Shown: positions 54,084 to 64,000 of the stretch, piece after piece
Layout of the letters: every line of letters starts with the position of its first letter
How positions within the stretch are numbered: the first letter of the stretch is position 1
Source: Eledone cirrhosa
Taxonomy: Eukaryota
Reading direction: 5' to 3'
DNA length: 64,000 nucleotides
Assembly (NCBI GenBank): GCA_964016885.1
Contig: OZ024754.1
Span: 44,640,001-44,704,000, forward strand
Notes under the pieces: model-generated
The model's input: only the letters and a program-made list of their open reading frames with translations
What the model was told of the DNA's origin: nothing
Databases searched by the model: none
Position numbers and translations under genes: made by a program

Positions 54084-54399
54084 CTAAAACAACAACATAA
54101 GACTTAGAGTTAAACATAGGAGAATGTTGGGAAGAGATATTTAATAAGATCACCCTCTTTGTATAGAGTACAGAGGTGTTTACACACCTGAGTATGGCTA
54201 CTGTAGTGTTGTATAGAGTACAGAGGTGTTTACACACCTGAGTACAGTTACTCTTTCTATAGAGTACAGAGGAGTATACACACACCAGATCCTGGACACT
54301 GCTACAAAAGTGAGGGTCCCAGCATCCGTAGCCGAACGGAATAAAATTCTAAATTACCAGAAATTATCGGCATTATTATTGTTATTTTTCAGTCTGTTT

Positions 54400-54550
54400 C
54401 GTTCGAGGGGGAGTTGGGTCATTGACAACGAAGTTCTTGTCATCGTTGGAGGCTCACCTTACCGAGCCCTCAGGTGATAATTCTAGTGAGGGTACTTGGC
54501 TATTCCAGTGTCTTAGCCGCGCCATCAGCTGTGAGGATGTTGCCTTGCCT
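54400..54550 (+). mobile_element. possible CRE-like non-LTR element C-terminal remnant
   Basis: TTKFLSSLEAHLTEPSGDNSSEGTWLFQCLSRAI resembles the ..GD..E..WLFQRLS.AI.RGN tail. Confidence 0.45.
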
Positions 54551-54699
54551 AACAAAATTATTATAGGGAAGCTCCAGCGCCCTAAGTGTGCAGGTCTTCC
54601 TGTTTATTTTCCCTAGAATATTATACATGCCAAAATTGATTTTCTACACCAGTAAAAGTTGGTGTATTAACGTTTTATTTTTTTCACTCAGCCCCAAGC

Positions 54700-54960
54700 A
54701 AGGTAATAAAGCTTCTAAAATGCAAGGGGTTACTGAGAAGGGACCAGACAGAGAGAACATTAGTTAGGAGAGGGGGAAAAGATGACGATTGATACTGCGT
54801 TTGAATGTTTTCAAATTATGGTCAGGAAAGCAACAAGTGGGAAGAGAATTCCACATGTGGAATGTACGAGAGGAAGAAACTGTCAGAATAAAATTTGTGA
54901 ATAGGAAATTAAACTGTAAAAAAGGGTGTAACATCCATGAGCTTGGCTGGTCTCGCTTAG
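54700..54960 (-). mobile_element. CR1/L2/Jockey-group LINE 3' fragment
   Basis: RTFHMWNSLPTCCFPDHNLKTFKRSINRHL (WNSLP...FK motif). Confidence 0.65.
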
Positions 54961-55245
54961 GAGATCTAAGCGGATCTATTGGAAACGGTTGTTTCTGACA
55001 GGACCCGTTGGAAGGAGTGTTTGAGGTGCTGCCACCAGGACCATCTCAGGAATAGGTGAACGAAGAACTTTAAAGGAATAAGAACTAGCTGAATATCTAG
55101 TGCTCCGTTTCAACTCATACTAAGTTTGAAATAACAATGACTATTTACCATTATTTAACTGTAAACTAAATAGAATTAGTTAATGGTGAGTTAATATAGA
55201 AGAAGATATAAGTTGAACGACATATAAACATGTGGAGATACTTAC

Positions 55246-55248
55246 CAT
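55246..55248 (-). CDS. FCF1: FCF1 exon 1 coding part (ATG only; 5'UTR extends to higher coordinates)
   Basis: minus strand CACC ATG|gtaagt; good Kozak context, phase 0 fits exon 2. Confidence 0.8.
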
Positions 55249-56682
55249 GGTGGATGTGTTGTTGTCAGTCCTTCACTAACTCCTTTAACAAGAGAGATAC
55301 ACGACTGTTTTTCTTGGTTTCTTTTTCATCTATACAAAGAAGAGTTCTTAAAGTTTAAGGAAACAGGGGCAGTAACTTGTATTGCTAGCCTCGAGCAGCC
55401 GATGTAATTGACATGCTTATGTAGGTGCTGCTTTGAAGAAACGCACCTGTCATTTATGCTAACATTTATTTCTGAACAAGTCGCCGAATATCACACCTGC
55501 AACGAAAATGATGTAAAATACTTGCAAAGGTAATTACTTTCACCTGTGTATATATTTCTGTTTTCTTTCGTCTTTGTAGCATTTGCATATATATATATAT
55601 ATATATATATAAACGCGTGTGTGTCTATGTATGTATATGTGCATATGTGTGTGTATAATTTCTAAAGTACCAATACAGCGTGCGTTATGAATAAATATAT
55701 GTCGTTAGATATGGATATAAGGTAAAGAATTGCGTATGTTTATGTTTGTTTGTTTGTTTTTTTAAAGACACGGGCAATATTTGGGAGATCGATAGATGGT
55801 CATGGTAACACGGGTGTATAGAGACTGTATTGTATATAATATATATACGTGTGAGGCGGTGGGTAACACCCACGAAATATTAACATTTGTTTGTCATCGT
55901 CTATACCAGACGATCTTGTATTAAATTTAGTATCTGCTAATATAATGTATATATACAGACATTCCTGCACAGTGTGTAGGTATGCATGTATAGTTTTAGG
56001 TATGTATGCATGTATGTATGCATGTATGTATGTATGTATGCATTTATGTATGTTTCTATGTATATATGTATTTATGTGTGTGTGTGAGCGTTTATATATG
56101 TGTGTGTAAAATATATGTATGTGTGCATCTGTATGTCTCCGTCTGTGTGTGTATATATGTATGTGTGTGTATGTATGTATGTTTATGTGTCTGTCTCTGA
56201 CAGTCTGTATATGTATGTGTGTCTCTGTATATGCGTCTGCTTGTGTGTATGCCTGATTCTATGAGGATGTATGTGTGTATCTGTATGTGCCTTTCTCGGT
56301 ACATATATATATGTATGTGTGTGTATGTACGTGTGTGACAGTCTCTGTGTGTGTGTATGTATTTATGTGCATGCGTTTGTATGGTTTCTCTTATATTTTA
56401 GTTGCAGGAGTGGTATTTCCCCATAGCAAGAGTAATAACATGACAATATCTTCTACACGTAACTCTACATGTTATCTCATAATGTTGGAATCTATTGTAG
56501 AGAGAAATTGTTTTTCTTCTCTTGATTTGTATTTTCGTATTTCCTCTGTGTTTATCTGTTTATATTTTCATTCTGAAAGAACAGTGAACAATTTGTGATG
56601 TTATTTATACAACTGTGAATAAAATTATTCCTTTATAATTAATTTTTAAAAAAACCTACAGGCTTTAAACACAATATTCAAA

Positions 56683-56761
<79 letters not shown>

Positions 56762-56896
56762 AGGGAAAATAATAAGGTTTAAACTTAATGTAGTGTGAAA
56801 TTATTTCTTTCTTTCATATATTTAAAACACGCTGGCATTGAATAGTTAACTTACATGCATACACTATATATATATATATATATATATATAATATGA

Positions 56897-56931
<35 letters not shown>

Positions 56932-56933
56932 GA

Positions 56934-56968
<35 letters not shown>

Positions 56969-56970
56969 GA

Positions 56971-57025
<55 letters not shown>

Positions 57026-57027
57026 GA

Positions 57028-57064
<37 letters not shown>

Positions 57065-57166
57065 GAATGTATATATATATATATATATATATATAATATG
57101 AATGTATATATATATATATATATATATATAATATGAATGTATATATATATATATAATATGAATGTG

Positions 57167-57197
<31 letters not shown>

Positions 57198-57309
57198 GTA
57201 TAGAGTCTAAATCAGCACTCAATACGTGAAGTGGGTGCAACATATAATTTGGGAAGAAAAAGGTGCCTGTGACTTTGAAGTTTCGCCGATTGCTTCTTCT
57301 GACAAATAC

Positions 57310-57343
<34 letters not shown>

Positions 57344-57989
57344 CTATTTGTATGTATTTATGTGTATATATACCCAATTACACCTCTCAAAGGCTATGAC
57401 ACACGACCGTGACCTCTGGCGTCACGCAGTAATACAGAATACCCGACCTCCCATGGGTACAAGCTGAAGCATATAGACAATATGCCCCCACACCCTCCCA
57501 CTGCAAAGTGGTCGTGGAGGTGCCACGGCAAAAAAGCACCCAGCCCACTCTGTAAAGTGGACGTGTAGGCGCCATGGAAAAAAGCACCCAGCACTCACTG
57601 TAAATGAGGTTGGTGTTAGGAAGGGCATCTAGCTGTAGATATCAAACCAGAATCAGTTCCTGTATGAGCAAGGCATGGTCAGCCGACCAGACACTGCCCA
57701 CAACAGGACAACTCGTCTAACCCATGCTAGCATGGAAGAACGGACGTAAAACGGTGATGATGATGATGATAATATATATATATATATGATACCAACATGA
57801 CTTTACAGTGTAAGGGTGTTGAGGCGTGTGAAGTGCATAAGAGGGGGTATAGTGGTTAAGAGGTGCCTACTAGATATATGTTTGAGTCTGTGCACATGGG
57901 AAGGAGTTTCTTCTATATTACTGCATAACGCCAAAGATCTCGAACCTGTGTCATTGTCTTTGAGAGGTGCAATTGTACAAGGTCAGCTT

Positions 57990-58840
57990 TTATCACCTCA
58001 TCCCAGGTCTTCCTGTGTCTTCATACTCCATAGAATGCATCAGCTTTCAGTGTTCTATACCTTTTTATACAGCTGTCATCCTTCATACACTTCACATGAC
58101 CATACCAGTGCAATCTTCTCTCTTGCATACTGCATCTGATCCCTCTTATGCCTAATTTCTCTCTCAGTTCATTTACACTTTGCTGTTGGTGTATATTACT
58201 ATTACACATCCATCGGAGCATGCATGCTTCATTTCTTTCTAGTCTTTGCAGGTCCTCTGCACACAGTGCCCAGGTCTCAATGCCATGTAACATTGCTGTT
58301 CATATACATGCATCATACAATCTGCTTTCATTTTAAAGGAAAAAAACTTTTGTAGCTAACAGTGGTATTAGCTCTCTGAACTTTTTCCATCCCATTCTTA
58401 CTCTGGCTACTGTAGTTTCAGAACACCCTTCCCCACTGGTGATTTTGTCACCCAGGTAAAGCCTAGATTCTTTGATAGCCTGCCTGTGATCCCATTACAT
58501 CTTTTACATGCCCATAGCTTGCATTTGGGGCATAGAATGGAATTTCTACCTACTCCTTTCATGTACACTGAGCAAGGCCATTTCCTAGAGGGAATCTGGG
58601 CCCTATTTTTCTTTCTACATACTAGAACTTTAGTATTTGACAAGTTAACTTTAAGACCTTTTGATTCTAGACCATGCTTCCAGGTTTCGAATTTCTTTTC
58701 TAATTCTGCCATAGATTCAGCTATGAGAGTTACTTCATCTACTTACAGAAGTTCCCATGGGCAGCCAGTCTTAATCTCTTCTGTTATAGACTGTAGGGCA
58801 ATAACAAACAGGTGAGGGCTAAGGATGAAGCCCTGATGAT
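57990..58840 (-). mobile_element. RTE-clade LINE ORF2 fragment (RT C-terminal half), degenerate
   Basis: HQGFILSP, WKHGLESKGLKVNLSNTKVL, MLHGIETWAL...LERNEACMLRWMC...RRLHWYGHV. Confidence 0.85.
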
Positions 58841-59349
58841 CAGTGACATATAAAACCTACATTCTTTGCTAGTCTAACTGAGATCCTGCTACATATCTTA
58901 AGTACCCATAGTTTGCATTTGAGACAAATGATGAAATTTTTACACTCATACACACACACACACACACACACATATATCATCATCATCATCATTTTACGTC
59001 TGCTTTTCCCTGCTTGCAAGGGTGGGATGGGAACTGATTCTGGCTTGATTTCTACAGCTGGATGCCCTTCCTAACACCAACCTCATTTACAGTGAGTACT
59101 GGGTGCTTTTTTGCCATGGCACCTCCACGACCACTTTACAGTGGAATGATAGGGACCCCAGCCCCTATCATCTCATTTCTACAGCTGAGTAAACTGGAGC
59201 AATGTGAAATAAAGTGTCTTGGTCAAGGAAACAACACATCACCCGGTCTGAGAATTGAACTCACAACCTTTCGATTGCAAGGCCAATGCTCTAACCACTA
59301 AGCCATGTGCCTTCACATAATATATATATATTGTGTGTGTGTGTCACCT

Positions 59350-59525
59350 TGAACAGTAGAGGAAGACCACGAAAAACATGGGCGGAGGTGGAGAGAGCTG
59401 ACTTCAGATTGCTGAAGCTCACAGACGCGATGACGAGGGACTGTGACAAATGGAGAGATGCTGTACTGGAGAGGACCCATACCATCCTTGAAAGTAGAGA
59501 AAAGATGATGTAAAATGATGATGAT
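59350..59525 (+). mobile_element. RTE-like LINE 3' tail (also 16518-16685 plus, 63845-64000 minus)
   Basis: [36 protein letters not shown] followed by a (GAT)n tail. Confidence 0.8.
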
Positions 59526-59806
59526 GATATATATATACATATATATATGTCTCCTTGAACTAAATATATATATATATATATAGATATAGATACATATATA
59601 TATATACATACCCTCTCCTTCCAGCAATACTGTTAAATCCCCCTCTTCATCTCAACACAGTCTCATTGATTTATTGAACACATGACATGTACAATTCGAT
59701 CTCTCTAGTTATCCCCCGCCCCTCCCCCCAATACAGTCTGTCTCTATCTGCCATCACCTCTACCACCTCCACTTTGGCAACAACACAAATATATATATAT
59801 ATGTGA

Positions 59807-59843
<37 letters not shown>

Positions 59844-60154
59844 CATCATCATTTAACGTCTATCTTCCACGCTAGCATGGGTTAGACGGGTTTGTCCCAC
59901 TTGAGGCAAGATTGGTCGGGTGACCGTGTCTCGCTCGTATACATAAATATATATGTATATATATATGTATATGTATATATATATATGTATATATATATGT
60001 ATATATACATATATATATAAAATATATATGTGTATATATATATATATATATATAATATATATATATATAATATATATATAATATATATATATATATAAAA
60101 TATATATGTATATATATATATATATAAAATATATATATATATAAAATATATATG

Positions 60155-60185
<31 letters not shown>

Positions 60186-60237
60186 TATATATAAAATATA
60201 TATATAAAATATATATATAAAATATATATATAAAATA

Positions 60238-60276
<39 letters not shown>

Positions 60277-60935
60277 TATATATAAAATATATATATAAAA
60301 TATATATATAAAATATATATATAAAATATATATATATATAAAATATATATTATATATATATATATAAAATATATATTATATATATATATATCATATATAT
60401 ATATAAAATATATTTATATATATTTATATAAATATTCCCCAATTTTTTTTATTTTATTTTAAAATAGTAGGTTAAACTATTTTAGTCCGAGGTTGTCAAC
60501 CTCACCCCCCCCCCCCTGCTCTATTTCTTTCTCTGTCTCTTATCATGACAATCTTACCTCTTTCTCCACTACCCTCCCTCTCTCTCCACTACCCCTCTCT
60601 CTCTCTCTCTGCTACCCTCTCTCTGTAGCCCTCTCTCACCACTACACTCTCTCTCCACTACCCCTCTCTCTCTGTACCTCTCTCTCTGTACCCCTCTCTC
60701 ACCACTACTGTCTTCCTCTAACCACTACCCCACTCTCTCCACTACCCTCCCTTTCTCTACTACCCCCTCACCACTACCCCTCTCACCACTCCCTATCTCT
60801 CCACTAGATGTCCCCCTTCTATCTAACTCTTACTCTTACATTTAATTCCAATCAATTTTTATTTCCCAATACTTTATTGATCTCCTAACTTCACAACAGC
60901 AAGGAATTTCTTGTTTCCCAACAACTTCACATATT

Positions 60936-61600
60936 ATCATCATCATCATCACCACCACCATCACCATCATCACCACCATCACCATCATCACCATCACCAT
61001 CATCACCACCATCACCATCATCACCATCACCATCACCACCATCATCACCATCACCATCACCATCACCATCATCACCACCACCATCACCACCACCATCACC
61101 ATCATCACCATCACCATCACCACCATCACCATCACCATCATCACCATCACCACCACCACCACCACCACCACCACCATCACCATCACCATCATCATCACCA
61201 TCACCATCACCATCATCATCACCATCATCACCATCACCATCACCACCACCACCACCACCATCATCACCACCACCATCATCACCATCACCATCATCACCAC
61301 CACCATCACCATCATCACCACCACCATCACCACCACCATCACCATCATCACCATCACCATCACCACCATCACCATCATCACCATCACCACCACCACCACC
61401 ACCACCACCACCACCACCATCACCATCATCACCACCACCACCACCACCACCATCACCATCATCACCATCACCACCACCACCACCATCATCACCACCAACA
61501 CCACCATCACCATCACCACCATCACCATCATCACCACCACCATCACCACCATCACCATCATCATCATCATCATCATCACCACCATCACCATCATTATCAT
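60936..61600. repeat. (CAT/CAC)n array; complementary (GAT/GGT)n array at 62290-62557
   Basis: direct reading. Confidence 0.95.
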
Positions 61601-62892
61601 TATTATTAATATTATTAGGGCAGTGGATTGGCAGAATCAGTAGAGCATCAGACACCATGCTTTGCAGCATAGAGTTACGGCCCTTTATCGTCTGAGTTCA
61701 AATCCCGCCGAGGTTAACTTTGCCTTTCATCCTTACGGGGTCGATAGAATAAAGTACCAGTAATACACTGGGATAATTGCTGGCCTTGTGCCAAATAGTA
61801 GAAACATTATTATTATTGTTTATGATCTTATATATTAATAGTTTCCTCTTTTACACCTTTCTCATATTTCAAGGTGAACAGGTGTGTGTGTGTAGGTGTG
61901 TGTGTGTATAGGTGTGTGTGTGTGTAAGTATGTGTGTATAAGTATGTGTGTGTATATGTGTACGTGTATAATTGTGAGTGTGTAGAACTGTGTGTGTAAG
62001 AGAAGAAAATGTGCTTACAATATTTACAGGCCACCCCACTCTCTCTCCCCCCCTCTCTTCCCCCCCCCCCCCTCGCTCACCTACACCCATATCACCACCC
62101 CCCTCTCACCCCCCTCTCTCTCATACAACCCCCCTCTCACACCACCCACCCTCTCACCTTCACCCCAGCTCAGTGTTTATGTATATAACATTATTAGAAT
62201 TCAATATGACAATGACAATGATGATGATGATGGACATGGTTTTTAAAAAATATATATATAACATGCTAGAATTCAATATGATGTTGATGATCATGATGAT
62301 GGTGATGGTGGTGATGATGATGATGGTGGTGATGATGATGGTGGTGATGATGGTGATGGTGGTGGTGATGGTGGTGATGGTGGTGATGGTGATGGTGGTG
62401 ATGGTGGTGATGGTGGTGGTGATGATGGTGGTGCTGGTGGTGGTGGTGGTGATGATGGTGGTGATGGTGATGGTGGTGATGATGATAGTGATGGTGGTGA
62501 TGGTGATGGTGATGGTGATGATGATGATGGTGGTGATGATGGTGATGATGATGATGATAGACATGTTATTCCCAATATATATAACATTATGTTATGAATT
62601 CAATATGGTTCAAATAGCAACTAAAACTCTGTGATTCCTTCACATCTTCGTTTGTCTCCCAACACAATATACATTCAATACACATTCAATAGTCAATATT
62701 GTAATATCAATTATTCATGTACAGATCTTATTTCTGTTGTTGTTGGTGGTTGATTGATTGATGTTTGGCAAGTAAATATGCACATTTGCATATATATATA
62801 TATATATATGTGTGTGTGTATGTATATATGTGTATGTATATATATGTATGTATGTATGTATTTATGTGTATGTATATATATGTATGTATGTA

Positions 62893-62933
<41 letters not shown>

Positions 62934-62958
62934 ATATGTATATATATGTATATATGTG

Positions 62959-62997
<39 letters not shown>

Positions 62998-64000
62998 ATA
63001 TGTGTATGTATATATATATGTATATATGTGTATATATATATATGTATATATGTGTATATATATATATATATGCATGTATATATGTGTATGTATATATATA
63101 TATATATGTATATGTATGTATATGTATGTATGTATGTATGTATGTGTGTGTGTGTATGTATGTATATATATATATATGTGTGTATATGTATGTATATATG
63201 TATGTATATATATGTTTATATATATATATATGTAAATATGTTTATATATATCTATCTATCTAAGGCGGGTAAAATTCCCGAGATCCATGGACGAGTTCTC
63301 TCCAGCGGTCTCTGTCCCTCATTATCGCTGCCATATCCTGCATCTCCAACAGACCAGTGTCTGTCCTTAGGGCATCAACATATGTTAACCTTGGTCTTCC
63401 TCTTCTAGTGTGTCCATGTAGGGGCTCCCAATATATATATATATATGTTTATATATATGTTTATATATATATATATATATGTTTATATATATGTTTATAT
63501 ATATATATATATGTTTATATATATATGTTTATATATATATATATATATATGTTTATATATATATGTTTATATATATATGTTTATATATATATATATATGT
63601 TTATATATATATGTTTATATATATATATGTTTATATATATATATATGTTTATATATATATATATATGTTTATATATATATATATGTGTTTATATATATAT
63701 GTTTATATATATATATATATGTTTATATATATATTTATATATGTTTATATATATAATATATGTATATTTGTATATATATGTATACATATGTATATATATG
63801 TGTGTATATATATATATATTTGCATATACATATATGTTATCATCATCATTTTACGTCCGCTTTTCCCTGCTTGCAAGGGAGGGACGGGTCTTATTCAGCA
63901 CAGCATCTCTCCACTTGTCACGGTCCTTCGTCATCTCCACCGTGAGCTTCAATGATCTGAGGTCTGTTCTCACCACCTCTGCCCATGTTTTTCGTGGTCT

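Noticed and set aside
60842-61670. Poly-His / Gly-Asp / Met-Val ORFs (also 2813-3481, 35561-35878, 61978-62634)
   Set aside because: Trinucleotide arrays open in several frames on both strands, with no supporting exon structure

Overview
AT-rich, microsatellite-laden animal genomic DNA; the repeat content suggests an octopus-like coleoid cephalopod (inference). It holds two multi-exon genes, reconstructed by hand with frame-consistent splice sites. (1) The 3' part of a phospholipase C beta-4/norpA-type gene on + (2162-24239: Y domain, C2, coiled-coil CTD, ending KPETVV*). (2) A complete 8-exon FCF1/Utp24 gene on - (55248-45179, 198 aa). Most ORFs in the supplied track are microsatellite artefacts. 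Highlights: a tandemly duplicated 85-nt PLC exon pair, each with a U2-type acceptor and a U12-type donor (GTATCCTT), feeding one U12 branch site, i.e. mutually exclusive splicing apparently enforced by spliceosome incompatibility; a 49-nt stop-containing cassette exon that would remove the PDZ ligand; and many minimal hammerhead-ribozyme motifs of the Penelope-like-element type, several inside long near-perfect palindromes within introns. All coordinates were read by eye; repeat boundaries are approximate.
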